64,000 bases of DNA from an uncultured Oscillospiraceae bacterium (GTDB lineage Bacteria > Bacillota > Clostridia > Oscillospirales > QAMX01), in NCBI GenBank assembly GCA_964515055.1, contig CAZEUG010000001.1:122732-186731 (forward strand), given 5' to 3'. The notes beneath the pieces were generated by a model. It made no database searches, was not told the origin of the DNA, and saw only the letters and a list, made by a program, of their open reading frames with translations. This document shows positions 18,343 through 28,008 of the stretch, piece by piece; positions within the stretch are counted from its first letter, which is position 1, and each line of letters begins with the position of its first letter. The position numbers and the translations under genes were made by a program.

Positions 18343-19185
18343 ATGTCCTGTTTATATCTTGTGCCGACGCCGATCGGCAACCTGGAAGATATCACACTTC
18401 GAGCGCTGAATACCCTCAAAGCCGTCGATTTTATCGCGGCTGAGGATACCCGTGTGACGCAGAAGCTGCTCACACATTTTGACATTTCAAAGCCGCTTCT
18501 GAGCTGCTTTGAACACAATGAGCGGATGCGCAGCACGGAAATCGTCGCACGGATTGCCGGCGGAGAAACCTGCGCACTGGTGACCGATGCCGGAACTCCG
18601 GCCGTCAGTGATCCGGGTGAACTGCTCGTTGCGGCCTGCTATCAGGCCGGTATTCGCGTCATTCCGCTGCCCGGTCCCTGTGCCGCTGTGACGGCGCTGT
18701 CGGCCTGCGGCCTGCCCACCGGCCGCTTTTGCTTTGAAGGGTTTCTGGCGGTCAATAAAAAGAGCCGACGGGAGCGCCTGAATGCGCTGAAAACGGAAAC
18801 ACGGACGATGATTTTCTATGAAGCACCGCATAAGCTCCCCTATACGCTCCGTGATCTGGCCGAGGCCTTCGGCAATCGGCGCGTCACACTGTGCCGGGAG
18901 CTGACCAAGATCTATGAGGAACTGATCCGCACCACACTGCCGGAAGCGGCAGAACGCTATGCGGAGGACGGCAGCTGCAAGGCGAAGGGCGAATTTGTCC
19001 TGATCGTCGAAGGGCTCGATGCGGAGCAGCTGGCTGCGCCGGGCGTGGAAACGCTGGATTTGACGCAGGATGTCCAGACGATTGTGTCTGAAGCGAAGCG
19101 CGCCGGTATTTCGAGAAATGAGGCGTATCGGGCAGCACTGCGCGAAAAGAAACGGCAGCAGAAAGCTCAGGAGTCCGATTTCTAA
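18343..19185 (+). CDS. rsmI: 16S rRNA (cytidine1402-2'-O)-methyltransferase RsmI
   Basis: 280 aa. N-terminus LYLVPTPIGNLEDITLRALNTLKAVDFIAAEDTR and the FYEAPHKL motif are typical of RsmI. Confidence 0.9.
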   Translation: MSCLYLVPTPIGNLEDITLRALNTLKAVDFIAAEDTRVTQKLLTHFDISKPLLSCFEHNERMRSTEIVARIAGGETCALVTDAGTPAVSDPGELLVAACYQAGIRVIPLPGPCAAVTALSACGLPTGRFCFEGFLAVNKKSRRERLNALKTETRTMIFYEAPHKLPYTLRDLAEAFGNRRVTLCRELTKIYEELIRTTLPEAAERYAEDGSCKAKGEFVLIVEGLDAEQLAAPGVETLDLTQDVQTIVSEAKRAGISRNEAYRAALREKKRQQKAQESDF

Positions 19186-19226
19186 GGAAACAAGACGAAA
19201 CTTGTCGAAAAAGGAGACTTTCAACC

Positions 19227-20138
19227 ATGAAACTGCAACAATTGGCGTTTTCTCAGGCTGGAACACTGCTGAAAGGCAATCTGCATACGCATACCACGCG
19301 CTCGGACGGCGCACTGTCCCCGGAGGAGACGATTCAAATTTATGAAGACAAGGGCTTTGATTTTCTTGCGCTGACCGATCATCGACTGTACAACCGCCAG
19401 CCTGCACCGCAGGGGAGTCGTCTGCTGCTCCTGCCCGGTATGGAGCTGGACGCCACCGTCCCGGATACTCCGGTTCACTGCCTCCATCTTGTTTCGATCG
19501 GCTCCGATACACAGAATGCATTTCAACAGGATCAGACCTTCCGCTCAGAACGGGTCACACAACTCAGCGATGCACAGCATTGGATCGATGAAATCCTGGC
19601 CGCCAACAATCTGCCGATCGTGTGCCATCCGGAATGGAGCGGGATGGGGTATTCGGAGGTCTCCGCGCTGCAGCGGTTTAGCCTCATGGAAATCTGGAAT
19701 TCCGGGTGCGCGCTCGACTGTATGCTCGACCGCAACGCTGCCTACTGGGATGAACTGCTGAACGATGGCCGCATCGTCTACGGCGTCGCAACAGATGACT
19801 GCCACGCGGTTTCGCATATGGGCGTCGGTGCTGTGTATGTGCGCGCCGAAAGAACGACCGAATCGATCGTGGAAGCGCTGAAAAACGGCGCATTCTACGC
19901 ATCGTGCGGCCCGAAAATCGAGGATTTCTATGTGGAAGACGGGGAAGCGCACATTCGCTGCTCCGAGGCCGTCTGCATTCGCTTCCGGCATTTCCGCTGG
20001 CCTGCCCATGTCTGCATGGGAACCCGCCTGACGGAGGCGTCTGTGCGGCTGCCGGAATCGATTCGCTATATCCGCGCAGAGGTCTATGATGATCAGGGGC
20101 GCTGCGCCTGGACGAACCCGATTTTTCTCGATCGCTGA
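19227..20138 (+). CDS. PHP-domain (CehA/McbA-like) metal-dependent phosphoesterase
   Basis: 303 aa with the PHP motif GNLHTHTTRSDGALSPEE and later HPEW / DDCH metal-ligand-like motifs. Confidence 0.7.
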   Translation: MKLQQLAFSQAGTLLKGNLHTHTTRSDGALSPEETIQIYEDKGFDFLALTDHRLYNRQPAPQGSRLLLLPGMELDATVPDTPVHCLHLVSIGSDTQNAFQQDQTFRSERVTQLSDAQHWIDEILAANNLPIVCHPEWSGMGYSEVSALQRFSLMEIWNSGCALDCMLDRNAAYWDELLNDGRIVYGVATDDCHAVSHMGVGAVYVRAERTTESIVEALKNGAFYASCGPKIEDFYVEDGEAHIRCSEAVCIRFRHFRWPAHVCMGTRLTEASVRLPESIRYIRAEVYDDQGRCAWTNPIFLDR

Positions 20139-20156
20139 ACCGACCAAACAACATGA

Positions 20157-20204
20157 AAACCGCCGATGCACATGGATTCCATGCACATCGGCGGTTGTTT
20201 TTTG
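20157..20204. terminator. Bidirectional terminator between convergent PHP and Gfo/Idh/MocA genes
   Basis: AACCGCCGATG (20158-20168) pairs with CATCGGCGGTT (20186-20196), with additional inner pairing. The stem is flanked by AAAA on the left and TTTTTT on the right. Confidence 0.7.
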
Positions 20205-20249
20205 CTCAAAAGTTTCGATTTGAAAGAAAATGCAGACTGCCCGAACGTT

Positions 20250-21239
20250 TCAGAAGGCTTCAGCCGCCTGTTGCGCCAGCAGCGCAAAACGGGTGGCGGC
20301 AATGCTGTCCGCGGTGGAAATCAGCGAGGAATACGACCAGTCGGCCATTTTGGCAAGTGCATCCTCTTCACAGGTACAGGGCGGTTCGATCAGCTCCAGC
20401 AGACGCTCCGGCTCGGTATCTGTACAAATCCGAACCGATGCATCAACCGTGGAGATGGCCAGAAAGCCACGCGTCCCGGTGAGGAAAAACTGAACATCCC
20501 CGTGTGCGCGATACGCATCCGGCGTCAGCCAGTTGACCTCGATGGAGGCTGTTCCGCCGTGACTCATTTCAAACAGCGCAATGCCGTTGTCACAGAAATC
20601 GGTCAGCTGCGGGAAGCGGGCGTTGGAAACGTGCGCAGCCAGCACACGGCGCATCTCCCGACCACTGAAATAGCAGGCCAGATCGATGTCGTGTACGGCG
20701 AGATCGTTCAGAATGCCGCCGTACTGCGCGCGGTGAAACATCCAGTCCGGGCGATTCTCCGGACGGAGGCGATGCGGCCGACAAAGATGCTGCTGCACCA
20801 CCTCACCGATGGCACCGCGGGCAATCCACTGCCGCGCCGTATAGATGGGCGGACTGTAACGCTCCGTGAGCAGGAGAAAGAGCGGCGCACCGGTTGCGGC
20901 GGCAGCCGCTTCAATCTGCGCAAGCTCCTCCAGAGAGACGGCCATCGGCTTGTCTGTGATTACGCCGAGACCGGCGGACAGCGCCCGCACGATATAGTCG
21001 GCTTTGCAGCTGTTGACCGCCGCAGTCAGCAACACGTCGGCACCGGCCTGCAGGAGCGCATCGAAGGAATCCAGACAGGGAGCACCGAACCGGTCAGCCG
21101 CAGCCACGGCACGGGCGGGGTCTTCACCGTCAAAGAAGCCAACCGGCTCAACGCGCCCGGTTCGACACGCGTTTTCCAGAAAAGACAGGCCGTGCGGATG
21201 CGCAAGACCTGCGACAGCAATTCGAATCATCTTACTCAT
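20250..21239 (-). CDS. Gfo/Idh/MocA family oxidoreductase
   Basis: 329 aa. N-terminal Rossmann IRIAVAGLAHPHG and a typical family C-terminal domain. Its ATG overlaps the hom stop (TAATG). Confidence 0.8.
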   Translation of the reverse strand: MSKMIRIAVAGLAHPHGLSFLENACRTGRVEPVGFFDGEDPARAVAAADRFGAPCLDSFDALLQAGADVLLTAAVNSCKADYIVRALSAGLGVITDKPMAVSLEELAQIEAAAAATGAPLFLLLTERYSPPIYTARQWIARGAIGEVVQQHLCRPHRLRPENRPDWMFHRAQYGGILNDLAVHDIDLACYFSGREMRRVLAAHVSNARFPQLTDFCDNGIALFEMSHGGTASIEVNWLTPDAYRAHGDVQFFLTGTRGFLAISTVDASVRICTDTEPERLLELIEPPCTCEEDALAKMADWSYSSLISTADSIAATRFALLAQQAAEAF

Positions 21240-22483
21240 TACAAAAGCATCAGCTTGTTCCGGACGACGGCTTCGCCGCAGCGCTCATCGAGTAGCGTGA
21301 GCTTCTGCAGGAGCGATTCCTCCGCGATCATTGGCGTGATCAGTGCGCCGTCGGCGGCGCCAACCTTCGCGCTTTCCACCGGTGTGATCTCACCGAACAG
21401 CTCACGCGCCGCAGAGAGCACCGCTTCGATATCCTCCGCATGGAAGCGGATGCAGTACTGATGCTCGACCAGACGGCAGTTGGCGATCCGCTCCGGCTCC
21501 GCATCGGTCCAGTCCATCCACTTGCGGGCGCGGCTGTGCTTGGCTGCGTCGATGACATCGGCCACAATGGCGCTGGCCGTCGGCTGCTTGCCTGCGCCGC
21601 GGCCATAGAACATGACCTCGTCCACCGAGTCACCCTTGACAATGATGCCGTTGAATACATCGTCAATCGCGGAGAGCGGGCACTCCGACGGGATCATATA
21701 CGGTGCAACGGACAGGTAAATCTGATCGTTTTCGAGCCGCTTGGCACGGCCGAGCAGCTTGATTTTCCGACCGATGGCATCGCCGAATGCAATGTCCTCC
21801 GGCGCAATGTGCTGAATGCCCTCCACGCGAACCATTTCCGGATAGACGTGGAAGCCGAATGCGAGCGCACTCAGAATGCAGATCTTGCGGCAGGCATCAT
21901 GCCCCTCAATGTCGGCGGTCGGATTGGCCTCCGCATAGCCGAGGGACTGCGCCTCCTTCAGGGCTTCGTCAAAGGTAAGCCCTGCCTTGATCATGCGCGT
22001 GAGAATGTAGTTGGTGGTGCCGTTCAGAATGCCGTAGATTTCCGTGATGACGTTGGCCGCCAGACACTGGTTGATCGGACGGATGACGGGAATTCCACCG
22101 CCGACAGAGGCCTCAAAGAGATAGTTGACATTTTTGTCTGCGGCAATGGCGAAAAACTCCACCGCATGACGCGCAACCAGCTCCTTGTTGGAGGTGACGA
22201 CGTTTTTTCCGGCGAGCAGCGCACGCTTCGTGAATTCGTAAGCAACGCCGCAGCCGCCGATTGTTTCGACAACGGTTGTCACTTCGGGGTCATTTTCAAT
22301 GACCGAAAAATCGTGAATCATGCGATCACGATAGGGACTGTCCGGAAAATCACGGACATCCAGAATGTATTTCAGAACAATATCCTGTCCGGCACGCGCC
22401 GAAATCATTTTCTGATGCTGAACGAGAATATCTGCAACGCCGCTGCCAACGACGCCATAACCCATAATTGCAACACCGGCCAC
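21239..22483 (-). CDS. hom: Homoserine dehydrogenase (with C-terminal ACT-like domain)
   Basis: 414 aa, GTG start with AAGGAG SD. GYGVVGSGV NAD site, VVTSNKELVA, EASVGGGIPVI and GILNGTTNYILT motifs. Confidence 0.9.
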   Translation of the reverse strand: MAGVAIMGYGVVGSGVADILVQHQKMISARAGQDIVLKYILDVRDFPDSPYRDRMIHDFSVIENDPEVTTVVETIGGCGVAYEFTKRALLAGKNVVTSNKELVARHAVEFFAIAADKNVNYLFEASVGGGIPVIRPINQCLAANVITEIYGILNGTTNYILTRMIKAGLTFDEALKEAQSLGYAEANPTADIEGHDACRKICILSALAFGFHVYPEMVRVEGIQHIAPEDIAFGDAIGRKIKLLGRAKRLENDQIYLSVAPYMIPSECPLSAIDDVFNGIIVKGDSVDEVMFYGRGAGKQPTASAIVADVIDAAKHSRARKWMDWTDAEPERIANCRLVEHQYCIRFHAEDIEAVLSAARELFGEITPVESAKVGAADGALITPMIAEESLLQKLTLLDERCGEAVVRNKLMLL

Positions 22484-22566
22484 TTTGGTTCACTCCTTAA
22501 AAAAGATCAATCTGATATGTACAGGTCGGGCAGCTGCATCAATCGAAAGACAGCTGCATACTGTCT

Positions 22567-22595
22567 ATTATACCATATCGAAAGAAATATCACAA
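22567..22595 (-). promoter_or_regulatory. sigma70-type promoter of hom (TTGTGA-17-TATAAT, TG-extended)
   Basis: Minus strand reads TTGTGA (22595-22590), a 17-nt spacer ending in TGG, then TATAAT (22572-22567). Confidence 0.55.
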
Positions 22596-22679
22596 GCCAA
22601 AAAACAGCTTTTTTTGCAGACCTCTTTCCTTTTATTGGAAAATGCGGTATAATAAACGCATCTGAATGGAGGGAATGCA

Positions 22680-23210
22680 ATGAAACTTCGCGAAGACTTC
22701 AAAGATATACAGCTCTGGCTCAGCACCGTCGTGACGCTGATCTGGACGGCTGTGTGCGTTTTGGTGTCTGTTTTTCTGACAAGTGTGCTGCTGCCGCTCG
22801 TTTTTGGGGATGCTCTCGATCAGGCTGCCCATCAGGGCGGCGGGAAAGCACTGGTGCAGCAGATTCTGGAGGGTGTCAGCTTCCTGCTGCTGTTTGTGTC
22901 GCTGGCCGTCTGTGCGTTTCTTCGGGGAAAACGGCGGACGAAACGCGTCAAACCCTCCAAAGAGGTGTTCTTCCGCGGCGTCTGCATCGCTACGGCGATT
23001 CTGATTCTTCCGGCACTGCTGCTGATGAATCTGACGGATCCGACCGACAACAAAACACTGCTGTTTCTCTATCTGCCATATGTCTGCCTGACGGAGGGGC
23101 TGGGCTTTACACAGCTTTCGCTTCTGGCAACGGCCTTTCTGACCGCCGGGGTGCAGTATTACACCTATTGGCTCGGGACGGTGCTGCGCCGGCGACGTGA
23201 TGACGTCTGA
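22680..23210 (+). CDS. Small multi-pass membrane protein, unknown function
   Basis: 176 aa with 4-5 hydrophobic spans. GGAGGG SD 8 nt upstream of the ATG. Confidence 0.6.
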   Translation: MKLREDFKDIQLWLSTVVTLIWTAVCVLVSVFLTSVLLPLVFGDALDQAAHQGGGKALVQQILEGVSFLLLFVSLAVCAFLRGKRRTKRVKPSKEVFFRGVCIATAILILPALLLMNLTDPTDNKTLLFLYLPYVCLTEGLGFTQLSLLATAFLTAGVQYYTYWLGTVLRRRRDDV

Positions 23211-23223
23211 GGGCAAAAAGGAT

Positions 23224-23252
23224 TTGAAATCCGGGCAGGAGTATGATATAAT
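23224..23252 (+). promoter_or_regulatory. sigma70-type promoter of uppP (TTGAAA-17-TATAAT)
   Basis: TTGAAA at 23224-23229, a 17-nt spacer, then TATAAT at 23247-23252. Confidence 0.55.
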
Positions 23253-23325
23253 AGAATAGGTGTGGCAGCGGTATGCAGGAATCATCCGTCCCCGACAGTT
23301 TTCATGTCGTTTCAGGAGGGATTTG

Positions 23326-24141
23326 ATGTCACTGTCTCATGCGCTGCTTTTTGGCCTCGTTCAGGGGTTGACGGAGTTTTTGCCGGTATCCAGCTCCGCC
23401 CATCTTGCTGTTGTTGCACTGCTGATACAAGGCGACACGTCGCTGGCTTTTTCCGTCCTGCTGCACACGGCGACACTGCTCGTCGTCTGCACCGTGTATC
23501 GCCGCGATGTTGCCGTCCTGCTGCGCGCCGGGCTGCGTCTGCCGTTCCGTCGCACCCCGCAGGACGCGGCGGACAGGCGAATGCTGAATCGATTGCTGCT
23601 GTCGCTTCTCCCGCTGCTTCCGGCGGTTCTTGTTCGAGATGCAATCGAAGCGGCCGCATCAAAACCGTGGATGCTGGCACTGGCTCTGTGCGGAACGGCG
23701 ATGCTGCTCTGCCTGGCGGACAGGTGCCAAAATGGCACCAAAACCATCGCGGAGATGACGGTGCGCGATGCGCTGGTGATCGGCGCGGCGCAGCTGCTGG
23801 CGGTGGTGCCCGGCCTGTCGCGCTCCGGCCTCACGCTGACGGCCGCCCTGCTCTGCGGGCTCCGAACGGACGATGCCGTCCGCTATTCCTTTCTGCTCAG
23901 CCTGCCGACCGTGCTGGCGGCGGCTGTCCTCGAAGGCGGGGACCTGCTGCATACCGGGCCGGAACCGGGCATCATCGCGGGCTGCATGGTTGGCTTTGCA
24001 GCAGCGGCGGTATCGGGCTTTCTCTCCATCCGGCTGCTGAAAAAGGCCGTGCGGGTTGGCCGACTGAAGCTCTTTGCGCTGTATTGCGCGGCATTGGCGG
24101 CGGGGCTCTTTCTTTCCGAATACATCGGATCATTTTTTTGA
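23326..24141 (+). CDS. uppP: Undecaprenyl-diphosphate phosphatase
   Basis: ORF 23260..24141. Start at ATG 23326 (GGAGGG SD) gives MSLSHALLFGLVQGLTEFLPVSSSAHL, the BacA/UppP signature. A later PGLSRSG motif is present. Confidence 0.9.
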   Translation: MSLSHALLFGLVQGLTEFLPVSSSAHLAVVALLIQGDTSLAFSVLLHTATLLVVCTVYRRDVAVLLRAGLRLPFRRTPQDAADRRMLNRLLLSLLPLLPAVLVRDAIEAAASKPWMLALALCGTAMLLCLADRCQNGTKTIAEMTVRDALVIGAAQLLAVVPGLSRSGLTLTAALLCGLRTDDAVRYSFLLSLPTVLAAAVLEGGDLLHTGPEPGIIAGCMVGFAAAAVSGFLSIRLLKKAVRVGRLKLFALYCAALAAGLFLSEYIGSFF

Positions 24142-24192
24142 TCGTTTTCGATTTTTTCTCCATATTTTCTCATACAAAGGTGGGAGCAGGCT

Positions 24193-26847
24193 GTGGCAGC
24201 TCAGAAAAAGAAATCCAATACAGGAAGCAAAAAAGCATCCCCGGTTTCGCGCAAATCCGACGGCAACGGGACGGCAGTCACCATTATCGTTTTGCTGGCT
24301 TTGTCCGTGCTGCTGCTGATCGGCTTCTTTGCGAGTGACGCCGCCGTGCTGGGTCTGATCTGCGACTGCTTCAAGTATCTGTTCGGCGCGGGTTTCTTCA
24401 CCATCCCGTTTGTGCTGGTCGTTCTGGCACTGGATATGCTGATTCATTTTCGAAAACGCAAGAATTACCTGCGCGGCCTGGCGATTTGCCTCGTTCCGTT
24501 TTTTGTCGGTGCAGTGCTGCACGTCTTCCTTGCACCGGCGCGCTATGAATCGGTTGCCATCCTCCTGCAGGACGGCCTCGCTTATCGGAGCGGCGGCCTG
24601 CTGTCAGGCGGCGTTGCGGCGCTGCTGATTCGCGCTTTGTCCCGCGTTGGCGCTGCGCTGGTGCTGATTCTGCTCTTTTTGCTCGACATCCTGTATGTGC
24701 TGAATCTGCGCCTGACGCAGCTGGCAGCCATCGCGGGGGAGCGCCTGGAGCAGGCCAGGGATAAAACGACAGAGCAGCACGCTTATCGCCGTGCAGAACG
24801 GAAACGGCAGCGCGCCGCGGAATCGGCAGCACGGCAGGCCGCAGCTGCGGAAGCACCTGCGCCACAGCCGCGCCCATCCATTGATATCCCGCTGACCACC
24901 AGGCGCCGGATTGATATCCCGCTGGATGATTACCCGGCGACGCCCTCCGGTGCATTTGCAAGGCCGTCCGCTTCAGTGGAAACGGAATCCGAAACTCTCC
25001 CGATCCAAACGGAGGAACCTCCCGCAGCCGTTGCTCAGCCGATTCCCGTCCGCGAACCGGAACCGAAGCCGAAGCCGGAACCGTCCGAGCCGATCGGCGA
25101 AGAGCAGACCACCCCGATCATTCGCGGCGTTGCACCGCCGCCGACAGTTGATCCGACTGTATTCGCCCCGGTAAATCCGCAGCCCTCCGCAAGAGAACGC
25201 ATGAAAACCACCATGACAGCCGACGAGCTGGAAGCCGAAATTGCACAGGTGGCAGATGCTGCGGCCAGCCCGACGGTACACGAATACACACTCCCGCCCA
25301 TCGAGCTGCTGAAATCCGAGCCGCCCACCAATCAGGAAAGCGCGGAGGCGGAAATGCGCCAGAACGCGGACAAACTGCTGTATACGCTGTCGAGCTTCAA
25401 TGTCGATGCTAAAATCGTGGCGGTCACGCGAGGCCCAACGGTCACACGGTATGAGGTGCAGCTCTCCAGTGGGACACGCTCCTCCCGACTGACCGCACTG
25501 GCCGATGATATTGCGCTGGCGCTGGCAGCACAGTCTATCCGTATTGCTCCGATTCCGAACAAATCCGCCATCGGGATCGAGGTGCCGAACAAAATCGTCA
25601 CTACCGTTTACCTGCGCGATGTTCTGGAATCCCGTGAGTTTCAGGAGAGCCGTTCCAGCGTGACATTTGCATTGGGCAAGGACATTGCCGGCAATCCGAT
25701 CGTTTCGGACATTGCCCGCCTGCCACATATGCTGGTCGGCGGTACGACGAACTCCGGTAAATCCGTCTGCATCAACTCGCTGCTCATCAGCCTGATCTAT
25801 AAATCGACACCGGACGAGCTGCGTTTGATTCTGATTGACCCGAAAATGGTCGAATTTGCCTCCTACAACGGGATTCCGCACCTGCTCATCCCCGTCGTCA
25901 CGGATGCGAAAAAGGCCGCCGGTGCTCTGCAATGGGCGGTCATGGAAATGATGCAGCGCTATAAGCAGTTCAATGAGCTGGGCGTCCGCAACTTTGCAGA
26001 ATATAATGAAGAATGTGACCGCCTGAATGCGGCCATGGCCGAGGAAACACCGCCGTTTGCCATGAGTGACGAAGAGGAAGACGGCGAAGCGCCTGCCCCG
26101 GAAACACCGCGGTTCGAAAGAATGGCGCGGATTGTCATCGTCATTGATGAGCTGGCCGATCTGATGATTGTCTCGCCGGGCGAGGTTGAGGAATCCATCT
26201 GCCGCATTGCCCAGATGGCGCGTGCAGCGGGGATGCATCTGATTGTTGCAACGCAGCGCCCGTCTGCCGACGTCGTTACGGGTCTGATGAAGGCCAATAT
26301 CCCGTCCAGAATCGCCTTCTCCGTCGCCAGCGGCATTGAATCGCGCATCATTCTCGACCAGATCGGCGCAGAACGATTGATTGGCCGCGGCGATATGCTG
26401 TTTGCCCCGATCGGCGCCAACAAGCCGACACGAATTCAGGGCTGCCTTGTGACCAGCCCGGAAATTGATGCGGTGGTGCAGTACGTCAAAAATGAAAACA
26501 CAGCCATCTATTCCGATGAGGTCATGGCGCAGATCGATAAAAACGCCCAGAGCACCGGCAACGGCAAGGGCAAAGGCCGCTCTGCCTCCCATGCGGAAAA
26601 CGCTGGAGACGATGTGGACGAATTGTTCAATGATGCGGTGAGCATCGCCGTGGAAAGTGGCCGCGTCTCTACGTCCATGCTGCAAACCCGGCTGAAGCTC
26701 GGCTATGCCCGTGCGGCCCGCATCGTCGAACAGATGGAAAGCTGCGGGATTATCGGCCCGTTTGAAGGGCAAAAGCCGCGGCAGATTCTGATTTCCAAAG
26801 AGGAATGGGCGGAGATGCGCTATCGGCGCGAAGGCCGCGATGAATAA
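24193..26847 (+). CDS. ftsK: DNA translocase FtsK/SpoIIIE
   Basis: 884 aa, GTG start with AAGGTGGGAG SD. N-terminal TM segments, a Pro/Glu-rich linker, the motor domain (GGTTNSGKSVCIN Walker A, IVIDELADLM) and a C-terminal gamma winged helix (SMLQTRLKLGYARAARIVEQME). Confidence 0.92.
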   Translation: MAAQKKKSNTGSKKASPVSRKSDGNGTAVTIIVLLALSVLLLIGFFASDAAVLGLICDCFKYLFGAGFFTIPFVLVVLALDMLIHFRKRKNYLRGLAICLVPFFVGAVLHVFLAPARYESVAILLQDGLAYRSGGLLSGGVAALLIRALSRVGAALVLILLFLLDILYVLNLRLTQLAAIAGERLEQARDKTTEQHAYRRAERKRQRAAESAARQAAAAEAPAPQPRPSIDIPLTTRRRIDIPLDDYPATPSGAFARPSASVETESETLPIQTEEPPAAVAQPIPVREPEPKPKPEPSEPIGEEQTTPIIRGVAPPPTVDPTVFAPVNPQPSARERMKTTMTADELEAEIAQVADAAASPTVHEYTLPPIELLKSEPPTNQESAEAEMRQNADKLLYTLSSFNVDAKIVAVTRGPTVTRYEVQLSSGTRSSRLTALADDIALALAAQSIRIAPIPNKSAIGIEVPNKIVTTVYLRDVLESREFQESRSSVTFALGKDIAGNPIVSDIARLPHMLVGGTTNSGKSVCINSLLISLIYKSTPDELRLILIDPKMVEFASYNGIPHLLIPVVTDAKKAAGALQWAVMEMMQRYKQFNELGVRNFAEYNEECDRLNAAMAEETPPFAMSDEEEDGEAPAPETPRFERMARIVIVIDELADLMIVSPGEVEESICRIAQMARAAGMHLIVATQRPSADVVTGLMKANIPSRIAFSVASGIESRIILDQIGAERLIGRGDMLFAPIGANKPTRIQGCLVTSPEIDAVVQYVKNENTAIYSDEVMAQIDKNAQSTGNGKGKGRSASHAENAGDDVDELFNDAVSIAVESGRVSTSMLQTRLKLGYARAARIVEQMESCGIIGPFEGQKPRQILISKEEWAEMRYRREGRDE

Positions 26848-26886
26848 CAAAAAGCAGTCAACTGTGTCAAAAAAGGAGAAATTGCC

Positions 26887-27933
26887 ATGATGATGAATGA
26901 AACGCTGATGTGGAAGGAAATCAATGAGTCCGCGGCCGGCTGCCGTGCGGCCAAGGTGAAAAATGCGCAGGTGCTGACGGAGCTTGTCCGTACCATCCGG
27001 AAAAAGAAGGTGGCCGGTGTGGTCATTGCGGCACGCGGAACATCCGATCACGCCGGTGTCTTTGCCAAATACCTGATTGAAACATACTGCGGTGTGCCGG
27101 TTTCGCTGGCCGCACCGTCGGTCTATACGATGTATGACGGTGCACTCTGCCTCAAAAATCAGCTGGTGCTTGGACTGTCGCAGAGCGGTCGGGCTGCCGA
27201 TGCCATGGAGGTCATGAACCGCGCGAAGGCTTGCGGTGCAGTGACCGCCGCGATTACCAACGAACCGGAATCGCCCATGGCCTGCTGTGCGGAATACCAT
27301 CTGGATTGCTCCATGGGGCCGGAAAAATCGGTCGCAGCGACCAAAACCTTCATCGGCGAGCTCTATCTGGTGCTGGCTCTGGCCGCTAAATGGTCGGGCG
27401 ATGCCACACTGCGCGATGAGCTGAAACGCGTGCCGCAGATTCTGGAAAAAACGTATAAGCAGGCTGAAATCGTCGAACAGGCGGCCGGACGGTATCGCTT
27501 CATTCAGGATAGCTTTGTGCTGGGGCGCGGCTTTGCCTACCCCATTGCACTGGAATTTGCATTGAAAACACAGGAAACGTGCTACATTCGCAGCCGCGGC
27601 TACGCGACCAGCGATTTCTATCACGGCCCTGTCGCACAGATCAACGATGGGACGCCGGTCTTCCAGTTTGCGCTGGGTGACCGCCTGACGGAGGACTCCG
27701 AAAAAATGATCGCCCGGATTCAGCAGGCGGGCGGGGATGTCTTTGCCTTTACGCCCAACCCGGCCATTCTGGCCAAAGCGGACTCCGGCATTCTCCTGCC
27801 GGAATGCGGCGAGATCTGCGCGCTGTTCTCTGCGAGCGTTGCCATGCAGATGTTTGCCTGCGCACTGTCCACGCTCCGCGGCCTGAACCCGGATAATCCG
27901 CGTGGCCTCTCCAAAGTGACCATTACGAAGTAA
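26887..27933 (+). CDS. Double-SIS-domain sugar-phosphate isomerase/deglycase-like protein (AgaS/FrlB/GlmS-C-like)
   Basis: 348 aa. VIAARGTSDHA and LGLSQSGRAAD motifs are typical of SIS domains in GlmS-isomerase-like proteins. Confidence 0.78.
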   Translation: MMMNETLMWKEINESAAGCRAAKVKNAQVLTELVRTIRKKKVAGVVIAARGTSDHAGVFAKYLIETYCGVPVSLAAPSVYTMYDGALCLKNQLVLGLSQSGRAADAMEVMNRAKACGAVTAAITNEPESPMACCAEYHLDCSMGPEKSVAATKTFIGELYLVLALAAKWSGDATLRDELKRVPQILEKTYKQAEIVEQAAGRYRFIQDSFVLGRGFAYPIALEFALKTQETCYIRSRGYATSDFYHGPVAQINDGTPVFQFALGDRLTEDSEKMIARIQQAGGDVFAFTPNPAILAKADSGILLPECGEICALFSASVAMQMFACALSTLRGLNPDNPRGLSKVTITK

Positions 27934-27940
27934 TTTGCCT

Positions 27941-27978
27941 GTTTCAGAGCTGCCGTCCGCTGCCGGCAGCTCTGAAAC
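27941..27978 (+). terminator. 15-bp perfect stem-loop after the SIS gene (terminator-like, lacks a U-tract)
   Basis: GTTTCAGAGCTGCCG (27941-27955) pairs with CGGCAGCTCTGAAAC (27964-27978), with an 8-nt loop. AATTCC follows, so termination efficiency is uncertain. Confidence 0.4.
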
Positions 27979-28008
27979 AATTCCATGCAGCGGAGAAATG
28001 GAGCGATT

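Noticed and set aside
23262-24338. A 358-aa alternative-frame ORF overlapping uppP and the start of ftsK
   Set aside because: It is a same-strand out-of-frame ORF with Arg/Ala/Gly-rich composition. The uppP frame carries the family signature, and there is no evidence for a frameshift.
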